Shown here in pieces: positions 47,201 to 59,500 of a DNA stretch of 64,000 bases. A program made the position numbers and the translations under genes. How positions within the stretch are numbered: position 1 is the stretch's first letter; each line of letters starts with the position of its first letter. Location: positions 434,001 through 498,000 of the forward strand of contig LSRY02000019.1 of NCBI GenBank assembly GCA_001643675.2, in the 5' to 3' direction. The stretch is from Monocercomonoides exilis PA203. Its lineage: Eukaryota > Protista > Preaxostyla. The notes under the pieces were generated by a model that had not been told where the DNA came from, searched no databases, and saw nothing but the letters and a program-made list of their open reading frames with translations.

Positions 47201-49801
47201 GACTGCCCTGTGCTTAGCAATCTCCCTTTTCACCCATTCCTCTGCTTCCACTTCCTCCCTTATCCGCTTCCGCTCCTTCAGCTGCTTCGCCCTCTGCATC
47301 ATCTGCACCTCAATCGAGCGCATTTTGATGCTTTCGTTGTTCTCTTCGTCTTTTATACGCTCATCTTCTTCTTTTCTTCTCTGCGCCTCTTCTCTATTCG
47401 CCCTTATAAACAATGTTCTGTCCCATCCAGCCATCAAAAACGCCGCTGCCTCTCTCTCATTTTTCTGTCTCCTGATGTCTTCTGATCTTCTGTACTCCAT
47501 CTCTTCCTTAGCAGCACACATCCGCTCGTGGTTCACCCACCACTTGTTCACAATCGCCAGCACTTTGTTGTACTTTGCAGTTCTCCTGGCTTCTTTCTCT
47601 GCCCTTTCCTTCTCGCGGAACCTCAGCTCAATCTCCTCATTCGCCATCAGTTCCAGCTCTTTCGCCTGCCTTTTCCTCTCTTTCCTCAGAAACTTCTCTC
47701 TTTCTTCCCTCTGCACACGTTCTCTTTCTTCTCGCAGTGCCTCGCTTTCCCGCTGGCTCCGCTCCATCGCCATCCGCTCCTCCTTCAGCCGCAGCTCCTC
47801 TTCTTTGATTCTCAGCAGCTCCTTCAGCTTGATCCGCTCTTCTTCATGTTGCCTCCTCCTCTCTTCTTCTTCCCTCTGTCTCTCTTCCTCTTCTCTTCTT
47901 TGCCACTCTTCTTCTTCCATCTTCTGCCGCCTCTCCTTCTCAGCCACGCGCTGCCGATAGCTCAGCCACGAATCCTCAATAAGTGTCACAGAGCTTTTCT
48001 TCTTCAGCAAATCCATTTCTCTTTCTCTCCTCCTTTTCTCTTCAAGTTCTGCCTGCTTCCGCCGCATCTCCATCTTGTTCTTCCTCTTCTCGTCTTCTTC
48101 CATCTCGAGCGCATCAAACACCGCCCTCGAGTCTCTGATGCGGTTGCATTTCAGCCATTGCTCAGAGATCAGCACAGCTGCATCAGCCATTTTCTCTTCG
48201 AGTTCTCGCTTTTTCTGTATCTTCTGTTGCATTTTCTGGTCTTCCCGCTCCATCAGCACCCACTCGCCAGGCTTCGACACTGCCTCCATCTCCCTCAGCC
48301 GCTCTTGCATCCGCTCTTCTCTCTGCCTCTTCTCCTCTTCTGACGCCTTCTTTTTCTCTTCTTCCTCTCTCCGCAGGCTCTCCTCCTTCATGCTCCGCTC
48401 AGCCTGCAGCAGCTTCTCCAGCTCTTTGAACTGGTCCCACAGCTCCTTCAACTTCTCCTCCTCTTCCTCCAACTCCTTCCTCTTCCGGCTTCCGTCTTCC
48501 TTTGTGGTGTGCATACTCCAGCCCAGCGACTTCTTCCCTTCCTCTTTCTTCCGGATTGCCTCAAAATCTCTCGTCTCTACTTCTTCCATGTCTGTCAGCA
48601 GCGCATCTTCTGCCTCGTCATCTCCACCAGAACGACTAGTGGCACTGATCGGAAGTATTTTGTGCTCTGAAGGGAGTGTCCGAGGAACAAAGCCAGAAAA
48701 CGCCAGAACAGGGAGAGGAGACGGGGAGAATGACGGAGTGTATGAGGGGGTGCATGAAGGGGTGTATGAAGGGGTGAGCAAAGAAGGGCACGAGGACACA
48801 GAAAGAACAGGAGACAGAGGCGAGGCGATGTCCCTGAAGGAGTCTTGAGGAGAAATGAAATGCAGTTGGGAGGCATCTGTTGAATGAGGAGCGAGTGCTG
48901 ATGAAGACGAAGAGAAAGACGAAGGCTGAGGGGGAACTGTGATGGCAGAAGGCGTGGCAGAAATGTACTTTGGAGTCGGGCGAGCGGCGGACGACGATGA
49001 AAAGATGGCTTGAGGAGTTTCTGGCACTTCCGAAGAATAACTCAGCAAGACTGGCAAGTCGTCGATCTCAAAGCCAAAGTCGATCATTTCATCGTCATCA
49101 CTTTCCTTTGGTAATGTTTGTCCAGAATACGCTGCGGCAGACTCTATTTCGCTCTTTGAATTCTGTGTGGAATTAGTAAAATCGAAATTTCTATCGCTAG
49201 CATTTTGTGTTCTGTCAGTGTTAAAGTCTTCTGTGTCTTCATAAATTGTAAAGTTATCTGTTTCGTTTTTAGGGTGATTATAGCCTTTGTTATTTCTGCC
49301 TGGGACTTTGCTGTGATGGGACTGCCGTGGAGGACTTAATGAATGATGAAAGCCAGAGGTTCGAGGAAAAAATGTATGTTGAGATCTGCTCCGTTTTCTT
49401 TCTCTCTCTTCTTTTTCAGCTTTTATGAATTGTTCACCATTTTCATCATCGTCTTCATCTCCTAGGACATCTTTTCTTCTTTCTGTCCATCTTAGTGGAG
49501 AGTGTGATATTCGTCGTGGTTGAGAAGAGACAGAAGATGAACTATGAATAAGCTTAGATCCGTATTGAGACATATTTTGTTGTAAAAGATAGTTATCATC
49601 ATTCTCATCGTATCCATCAACATCTTCTTGGTTTTGTAATTTAGCAGCTTTTTCATCATTCTTGTGTGAAATATGTCTGCCATCTCCAAAATTACCCGAT
49701 TCTTCGTTATTCGCAATCGTGATATTAGGAGACGATAAGTATTTTTGACGAGAATTGGAAAAACTGTGATTTCTAATCTGCAAGGAAGCCATCTTTCTCA
49801 A
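41298..49801 (-). CDS. Giant (~2,770 aa) charged coiled-coil/low-complexity protein, 2 exons, C-terminal CVCV
   Basis: ORFs 44693-49801 and 41298-44612 join via a phase-1 intron 44561-44739 (GTTTGT..TTTCAG); long E/R/K helical region, degenerate IQ-like motifs, and a weakly MAP65/Ase1/CCDC87-like segment. Confidence 0.8.
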
Positions 49802-50267
49802 TTATTATTTTTCTCAAGAAAAAATCTAGATGAAAGCATAATCAATTTTAAAGTTAATAAAAAGATTTAAATAACGCAACGAATGATAGGTTCAAATTAA
49901 GAACAGGAAATAACAATTTTTAGGTGAAGAAATAAGAAAGCATCAAAAATAAAACAAAAACGAAGAATTAGAGGTTGAAGGCATCAAAATATAAAATATA
50001 AAATTGTTAAAAATTATAAAAATAATCAATACATTTCTTCCTTCAGTAGTAAATTTGGATTCCAAGTTAAAACAATTTGTTAATAAACACAACAAACAAC
50101 TCAATGACAAATAAGTATGGGTAATTTTCGCTTCGAATAATTTTATTTTTTAGTTGCATTTGTGATGAATTTGCTAATTATTATTTATCAACTATTTCTC
50201 ATCTTGATTAATTTTTTTTGCTATATATCAAGATCAGCTTCAATATTTTTTTTTGAAGGAATAAAGC

Positions 50268-53014
50268 ATGTCTGAAAAGCGAAACAAAAAAATGAATTCA
50301 TATCTTGAATTTTCGCCACATGGTGGGACATCAAGATGTGTGACAATTGGTCGAAAGACACATTTATTTGCTACAGGAGGTGAAGATAAAAAGACACTTG
50401 TTTGGACCGTTCACCATCTTCGGAAAACAGGAAAACCATTCAAGGTTGTGAAATTTTTGTTATACTAGCTTTGTTCACCTATAGTTGTTGAACAGTCTTT
50501 GAAAGGGCATACTTCACCTGTCACTTGTGCTGTTTTTGATTCAAGTGAAGAGCAGTTAGTTTCTGGAAGTGAAGGAGGAAGCCTTAAAATGTGGAATTTG
50601 ATTGAACCAAAAAGTTTGAACGAAGAATAGTTTTAGTGTTCAATGCATTTGTTTTATGAATTATTTTAAAAATTATAAGCGTCAAAATCTTTTACTCAAT
50701 CTCATTTAGCTGCTGTAAAATGCGTTGCTTTCAGCCCTGACAATGTTTTTTTGGCTTCTGGATCTCAAGATACGCAAGTACGCGTCTGGGATACGGTTGA
50801 ACGTAAATGCATTCAAACATTCAAGCATCATTCAAAACCAGTTAACTGTGTTTGTTTCAGTCCAGATTCTCGATTTCTTTTTACAGGAAGTGAAGATGGA
50901 ACTTGTGGAGTCGTGGATTTATTCGAAGGAAAATTAGTTCACACTTTTAAGCACGACGGTACATATTATTATAATTTGATAATTTTGAATAATTCGCCTT
51001 TTTTTTTTCTTTTTAACGTTTAGGAGCTGTCACAGCGATAGCAGTTTGCCCTTCTGATTTGGTGTTAGCAACAGGAGGAAGTGATCGAGTTACGAAGTTA
51101 TGGGATCTGGACTCCTTCGAGCTTTTGAAAGAACTACCACCTGAAACGACGACTATTCGATCGCTTCAGTTTTGCGGGACAGATGACCATGTGCTTGTTG
51201 TAGCATCAGAAGAGGCTGTGCGAGTGTGGAACTGGGATGACGAAGGGAGTGCAAGCAAAAGCGAAAGAGAGAAGTCCGAGAAAGATACGGAGAGCGGAGA
51301 GGGAGAAGTGAAATTGTATGATCGACTGGAAGCAAAATGGGGTGGCTGCTCAGTTGGCGGTCCAGGCACACTTGACTTCGTAGTTGGGGAGCAACATCTT
51401 CTCGGGTGCTCCATACAGCAGGGGAAAGTTACAATGTGGATGTCTCTTCTCAGAGATGTCAACCCTTGGTGCCAGTATATGGCTCATAAACAGCAAAAAA
51501 GCACTTCTCAAGAACAAAAAGCAGGATCATCTCAACCATCTTCTTCTTCTGCATCGTCTTCCTCCTCTTCATCTTCCTCTGTCAACAAGTCACTCACTCA
51601 TCATTCATCTTCACACTCAATCCACTCACCAGCTCCATCTGCATCTCATTCCACAAACACTTCTGAGCCTTCATTCGCCGTGAAAGGAACAAAAGCTCTT
51701 ATTCACTCTTCTTCAAATTCGAAAGTTGGTCCGTCTGCTTCAGCGGAATCATTGCATACTGCTTCAACGCAAGAAACTTCGCAAGATTCATCTGCTGAGC
51801 CAATAACAACTACAACAACAACAACCACAGCATCATCAGCTCCAAATCAACCTCATTCCCAACGAGCAATCCGTGTACAGCGGAGGATATACGGAGAATC
51901 TCCTGACTCTCCTTTCTACACCGGACCACCTGTTGAAGAGCATCAACAGCCGACAGGAAAAGGGAAAGCGCGTGCTCTTCCTTCTTCTTCACTTGTCAGC
52001 AATGATTCGTCTGCTTCGCCACGATCATCGGAGCGAGATCAGAATCCCTCTGAAGTTCCTTGCCCAGAAGTTGATCTATCTTCTTCGCAGCGTTTACGCC
52101 CTCTGTTAAAATCGAGGCTTGGTCAAACGCTGAAAGATCCGTGGGCACTTGAAGGGCAGGTTGATCTTGAAGAAGGTGATCTATCATCTGACGATGCCAA
52201 CGGTGATGAAGAAGACAATATTGAAACTGGAGAAAAGAACATTGAACATGATGATGACGAGCAGATGCGCGGAAAGCAAAAACCTGTTCAAGACAGTGAA
52301 ACAACGGAGAAGCCTAAACTTACAAAAAAAGAGGCATGCCAATCAGATTCAAGTGCTTCAAATGAAAGTGCTATTTGTTCTTCTTCTTCACAAGCTGAGC
52401 GAAAGGCTGTTGATAGCAATGAACTTTTCAGCAAGTTTTGTGGAGGAGAAAGCGGAACCGAAGTTGCAAGGAGCGATGAAGAGACCGTTTCCGCTATTTT
52501 GAAGAGACATAAACAAATGATGACGACAATGAATGGAAGGCTGGGAAGTATTCAGGCAGTTAAGCGTGTTTGGGAGTTAGGGGAAATGAAGATGATGTGT
52601 GAGAGCCTTGTCCGCATTGACGATGTCAGCGTCACTTGCGACATTTTAAATGAGTTGTTGAAGAAAAAAGGATTGCTAACGTTGGACTGTGCGCTTATCC
52701 TCCTTCCTCATCTGATGACCTGTTTGACGTCTGGCGTTGACAGTTATGTGAACACTGCATTGTCAGCCATTGTTATGTTTGCAAAATCATTTGGTTCGAT
52801 GATCAGGCAAACGAGGAGCGCACCTGTTTCAATTGGAGTGGATTTAAGCGCTGATGAGCGAAGAGAAAAATGTGTTTTGGCTAACAGACATTTTGTCTTT
52901 GTTGCCCGAGCGCTGAAACAGCTGGCTGCACAGCGAAGCGGAGTTGCAGACTCTATCGGATTAAGAGCAAAAGAAGTGAAGAAAGTCATCGATAATTTTG
53001 CTGATTATTCATGA
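50268..53014 (+). CDS. KATNB1: Katanin p80 WD40 regulatory subunit B1, 4 exons
   Basis: Exons 50268-50444, 50496-50613, 50680-50958 and 51024-53014; WD40 repeats (ATGGEDKKTLVW, SLKGHTSPVTC, ASGSQDTQVRVWD); con80 domain (HKQMMTTMNGRLGSIQAVKRVW..LTLDCALILLP..SIGVDLSADERREKC). Confidence 0.93.
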
Positions 53015-53518
53015 ATTCTTTGAGCAATGGCAAATTTATATGTTCGATATTCTTCTTGAATTAAAATTGTTTTGATTTTTTGTAATATCAAATATTCTAA
53101 AGCATTTCAACTTTTCTTCTTCTCTTAGCAAGTTGACTCATAGGATTAAAGTGAATTGAAAAATGTTTGGATAAATGTTTTCGTTGTTTTTTCTTGGGCT
53201 TCGTTGTACAAAAGTTAACAGCATTACACACAATTATACATCAATTCTTTCGATGTTTCCACCTTAGAAGAAAAATTGTGAATGATGAAAAATTGTGAAA
53301 AAAAGCAGTTGCGCAGTGAATGTGTCGAAGGAAATGTTTAATAAAATATTGAAATTAATTTTCACAATAAATAAAAAAAGGCGATTTGAAAATAAAGAAA
53401 TAAGTGTGATTATATGTGCACACTACAATTGAATTATAAATATTATACAACTGAATTTGATTGTTTTCAATTTTTCACCAACTATAGTTCAACAATTCCT
53501 TTTATTGAATATTCTCTT

Positions 53519-56500
53519 TCAACTTTCCGTTGTATCATTCCCAACTTTTGTGTACTCATTATAACAGCTCTCGTTTCTTATTTCTTCGCTTTCGCTGGCA
53601 ATACATATTGCATCTGAAACAGTAAACATAATAGTATTTGAAGGAAACGCATTAATGAATTCTCTCTTCATTCTTGGAAGTGATATCCTGTCCTGCATTT
53701 GCGTATTTACACTATTTACAATAATCCCTTTCAGTCGAGATTCACAAACTTTGATTAAATCTGGTCTTTCACCATTCACAATCTTCTGTCCAGCAACCAC
53801 AGCCTCATACTCCCCAAACGGGATCTCCAGCGTCAGACACTCCCACAGCATCATCCCAATTGAGAAGGAAACCGACTCCTTTGTTGCTCCCATCTTTGTG
53901 TTTATCATTAACTCTGGCGCCTTCCATCGCAGGCACTCTTTTCTATTATCATCCTCATCCTCAAATGCTGATGATGGCTGTGGCGAGTCTTTCCCATTTC
54001 TATTCACTGTGGAGCAATCAGATGTTGATGTGACAACAGTTGATGAAGAGATGGATGAAGTGTCTGAGTCTGAAGAAGAGCAGTCAGAATGCATGGCAAT
54101 GCAGATCACCATGTGCTCTGAGAACAGAACAATGTGAGGACTCAGATTTTCTAAAGAAGAAAGAGGGTTTTCCATTTCGTCAAATGAGTGGAGTGCGACA
54201 TTGGCCACCCAGAACAGGATCTGAGCAGCTGTCAGCTCCCTCTCTTGCAGAGTGCTAATCGCCATCTCTTTCTTCTCGTTCCTCCCATGCAGCAGCATGA
54301 AAAGTGAATCCCTCAGATCCACAATCAACTTCTCATGAGGAGATGAACATGCCATGGCATCCACTAAGTTCGACATGGATGAAGTGGTTGGGCAAAAATC
54401 CTCCCCTCGAACAAATGTGGAGTCTGAATCAGTTGAACATGTCGAAGAAATTGATGGTGATGGAGTCTGCTTTCGAATTTCTTCTTCCTCATCAACCTTT
54501 TCCAACATCCATTGAGGAATCTTGTCTGAATCTCTCCCCAGAATGTATTCTGTCGAACCACTCTCAGATAAAAGATGCTCTGATGACTCTGAGTGCTGCA
54601 TATTCGTATCATATATTCTCTTTTTCATCCTCTCATCGTTCTTCTTCTCTGCCTCTCTCTCTGCTCTCCTCCATTGCTCTTCAGGTAACATTTCCATCGT
54701 AACCATCTCAAACACCTTCGGATCCTTTTTGATGTTGTCTTCCACAATTACCTCCAATTCTTCAGTCCGTCTCTTTTGCTTTTTCCACCGGACAATGAAT
54801 ATCACTGCAATAATTAGAATGACAAGAAGCACAAAAGCCATGATTATAACAACCAACAACCAATACAATTTCCCTTCTTTCCCTCCTTCAACAATCCTTT
54901 CGCCTCCATTTGTTTTGGGTTCACTTCTGTTCTTCAGGATATATCCTTCAGTTGATGATGGTTTATTGGTATCTCCAAACAGAATGGCCACTCTAACTTC
55001 TGCCTCCTCTCCTGCCTCACTAATTGTTTCCCTTTTCACCCTTCCTTCAACTTCCGTCTCTGACACATATCCACTCTCATCAAACTCATATTTCTCAATT
55101 AGCTTTTCATCCCCAATCTGCTTCACAACCATGAATGACAAGTTGCATGGGAGAAGAAGCTTTCCTTTAAACACAACCTCCATTTCTTCTCCCACTTCCT
55201 TAATTTCAATGCCTTCTAGAACCGGAATGAATAAATGTGATGCTCTCTCCACTGCAATTCCTTTCAATTCGCAACCTTTGTCAAGAATCCATAGAGATGA
55301 GTTTTCTTTCACTCCATCACCTCCTTTCAAACTGTCCAAACTTACAACTCCACTCTCGTGGCAAAGAATGTTTCTTCTGATAGACAAATATTTAGTGAAC
55401 TTCGGAGTGTTATTCATAAAAATTCCCTGTCCAATTTTGACTTTCCCCTTCCGAATAGTAAGTCCTCCATCACTTGAATTCGCAATTGTTGTATCCGTTA
55501 TCTCGCATGTGCTGTCTTTGAAGCTGATTATGGACCCGTTCCATTCGCATATCTCAAACAGTTGTGTTGCAATTCGTTCACTTTCACAGTCATTTCCATC
55601 AAATTTACACAATTCCAATCTCACATTCGGACACCATGAAACATCAATTTCAATTCCCATTTCTTCACTGCTTGAGCATTTAGAAAAACTACAATTTGTC
55701 AACTTCACTCCTCTCTCACATCCAGCAAGCATAATGCAACTTCCTGTTGTTTTATCAGATATTATTCCTTCAAAAATGCATTGAGACAAACAAAATTCAT
55801 TCGTTTCATCTTCCTCAATATTCTTTATCCTGTAATACTTGTTTTCGCTTCCAGCCAAACAACTCTTCGCAAACACTGATCCTTTCTTCATTGAAACATT
55901 CTTCACATTTGTTTGGATTACTTCAATTTCAGCACTTTTCTCAATCATAACCATATCGCTTCCACAACATAATTTATAGAAGTCTGTATGAGAAATTTTA
56001 TAAATGCTCCCATCTCCAACTTTAATCAGTTCCTTCATCGTCTTCAAATTATTAATTTTTGTTTCTCTCATCTCGAGTATTCCATTTGAAACCTCAAGTA
56101 ATATACAGTTTATAATTCCCTCCGGAGATGTATTTGCCTCAATTGAGCTTAATTGATTCGATGTGAACTTACAAAATTCAAAAATGAGTCTTCCATCCAT
56201 CTGTTTTATAACATCCTCGTGTTCGCTTTCAAATCCTTCACTAAACATAAAGGTTATGTTCTCCACATTGCACTCTCCAGAAAATGAGATCACAGATGAT
56301 CTATTCCCTGTGCGTGCAATATTACTGTTCAATTGAATTGATGCTTCATCTGTGCATACTGATCTAATTTCAAGATTTGATATGAGTGTTTCTGCGCCTA
56401 ATGATGCCGATTGATTAATAAGAAGGTTACGTATGAATCCCTGTTTTATGTGAGAGACTCCGTAATAAATGCTTTTGCAAGGTGTTTTCTCTGATCCGCA

Positions 56501-59500
56501 ATTTTTTGAGTCGATTGACATTTCATTAACGAAAATCAGAGTTGCCAAATAGTGCTTTATCCAAGGAAGAATATCCACATCCGTATGCACATCATCCGTT
56601 CCCATCATCGAATTTGAAGCTTCAAGAGATGGTTGCATAAAGTCTAGCACAAATGTTGTCTCATTTATCTGTTTGTCAAATGATGCACACTTCACAAACA
56701 CATCTCTTCCCACCCACGCATCATTACCACTGAATCGGCACATGTCCATCTGGAAAGGTAAACTTTCTCCCATATCTCTTAAACTACCAATTCTTTCTTT
56801 ATTATCGCAATTGATCATCATTCCTCCACCACGTCCATTCTGCCAAGAACACATGCATTCTGCAAACATACATTCCTGAAAACTCACATGTGAATTCAAG
56901 CATTTTGCTCGAAGTCCAATTCCTCCTCCTTCTTCACTTTCTTCACACTTACAGCTCCTAAATCCGCAAAGCTTCATTACAAAATCCACTTCAGCAAATT
57001 CTTTCACTTCCATCACAACTGGGCCTTTTTCTTTTCGATTAACTTCTGAAAAATTTGACGATTCGATCATCACATTACTCAATTCTTTCTCATCTGTTTC
57101 ATCTTTATTCGTTTTCACTCCTTTTGCATTTTCTTCTTGTTCAATTGTCCCTTGTTCAATAGATAATATGCTCTTCATTGATGTACTCACATTTGAAAAT
57201 AAAACTCCTTTCATAACTGCACAACTTTGCTCGGATCCCATAGCAGCAAATCCTCTTCCAAGGCACGAATTCTTCACTGTGCAGTTCTCCATCTCTAGTC
57301 TTCCATGTAGTGCATCGATCACGAGCAAACTCCATATTTCTTCTTCGTTTGTTAATATTTCCAGCAAGCAATTTTCCAGTCTTAACATTGATTCTTTTGA
57401 CATCAAACACACAAATGATGAACAAATTGCACACTCTGGTTCGATTCTAACTTCTAAGTCTCCAAATGAAAGCATAATACCACAAGAAATAGCAGGCTCT
57501 CCAAATCTCCATTCTCCTCTTCCCATTTTTAATCCTTCTTTTTTTTCTTTTGCACCTTCATTTCCGATAATATCCAATCGTGGCAATGCATCATTTGATA
57601 ATAACAGTATCTGTTTTTCTATTGAAACTTCTGAGAGAATGATCACTTCGTTAATTTTCGATGGTTCAGATGGGGCAGCCCACACATCAATAATCTTATC
57701 CAAATTTCTACATGGGACAATTAGATATCCACATAAACTGAAATCTTCTCCCTTTGTGCCATCCACATATCCTGTTCCACTCATATTATTCCACCAATAT
57801 ATTATAAGCGGAATGACATATCTGTCTCCTGTAGTCTCTCTTTCAAATCCATTAGCAACTTCCATATCCTCTAATTCATTATCATTCAATTCCCATTCAA
57901 GATCCTTCCTTGCAAATGCACTATCCAATCTCTCTCCACACATAAATATTTTTTTCCCCTTCCAGCCTTCCCACCCACTTGTACTTAGTTCCACAACTCT
58001 CAGGCCTTCAATAGTATCTCCAAAATCAACAAACACACCTCCTCCAATTCCTTTGATGCTTCCTTCATCATTTGCGGCAATCTCAGCATTTTCATCCCAT
58101 TCGATAAATTCACATTTTTCCAAAACTAATATTCTCTCCTCACCTCCTTCTCCGTTCACCCATATGGCTATTCCTCCTCCTGCTACAACTTCTCTGCATT
58201 CTCCTCTTCCACTACACGAGCTTCGAATTGTGCAATTCGTAAAGCGTATGTGAGAACCAACTCCTTCAATTCTTCCTTCATCGTCAATCTTACCAACTTT
58301 CATCAACCCTCCATCTCCATTCACCCTATTAAAACCATTTATAACGCAATCATCCATTGAAACAGTCCTTCCATCATTTATCTGAATGGCTGATCCTTTT
58401 TCAAACCATCCTTTGTCTTCAAAGATGCACTTTATAATAATCAAATCTCCTCCACACACTTCTATCAAGCTCATCTTTATCCACTTTTCATCTTCTTCTT
58501 TTAAACCTTCTCCTCCATTTCTAAACTTATACCAGCATTCTTCGACAAGAAGAGATTTTTTTGATCTTATAAATACTTCTCTTCCATTCTGCATCTTCCT
58601 TGGAAGTACAATCTCAACATCACGCATCTCAGTCTCTCCAATGCAACTTATAAATCCGGAGCATGTCAAAGTCTCTTCATCATTCACTTGCATTCTCTTT
58701 GCATGTCTTTCCATCCCTTCAATTTTACATCCGGTCAAAGGAATAGATAGCTCCTTGACAATTGTTGTGTTATGAACTATTTGCAAAACATTTATCTTCT
58801 CGTCTATTCGATTTTCAGTTGCAAAATTTATCGTTAAGCATGAAAACCATTTATATCCACAGAGTTTGTGGTCAACTCCATTCTCTGCATCCACATGCAC
58901 ACTTTCACTCATTTCCTTTCCATATACATACAAAGGAATCACCACTTCGCCTTGTTCCTCCTCTGGGTTTTCCTCTACACCACTCAATAGTGACACATCT
59001 GTTGGTTCTGCCTCCCACATTACAAATTTCATTGTTTCTTTCCCTACGACATTTCCAAGCTCCACTATTCCTGTACACCTCATAAACATATCCTTCCCAG
59101 TCCAAGCTTCATTATCATTTCCAAAAGCAATATCTTCCATCTCAATATCCACACTTTCCTCCTCCACCTTTATGAATAAACCCCCTCCGACTCTTTTCCT
59201 TTCACCTCCTTGAATCCCTCCAGCAACGCATCCTCTCATTCCAATGGATCCATCTTTCCCCATTATCATCTTTCCATCCCCGCTCATGTGTAAACTCATT
59301 CCACCTCCATCTCCTTCTCTGCATATGCATCCTGAAAAAGTTTCATTATTTATTCTAAGTTCTTCTCCAGCTCCAATCTCGCTCTCCAATACGCATCCAC
59401 TCCCACGATCCCTCTCTATTCCATCAAATACGCATCCATTCACAACAATTTTTGAAATTTCATTTCCAATCAGTGGCACTCCACTCATTATCACTCCCCG

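Noticed and set aside
48720-48790. TPSY/TPSC repeats resembling the RNA polymerase II CTD
   Set aside because: Only about four tetrapeptide units from a 12-bp tandem repeat, not YSPTSPS heptads.
44860-48848. Many long + strand ORFs antisense to the coiled-coil gene (similar shadows over HDAC, RPAP1 and the 2693-aa gene)
   Set aside because: Shadow ORFs of purine-rich low-complexity coding sequence (poly S/F/L) with no independent domain signal.
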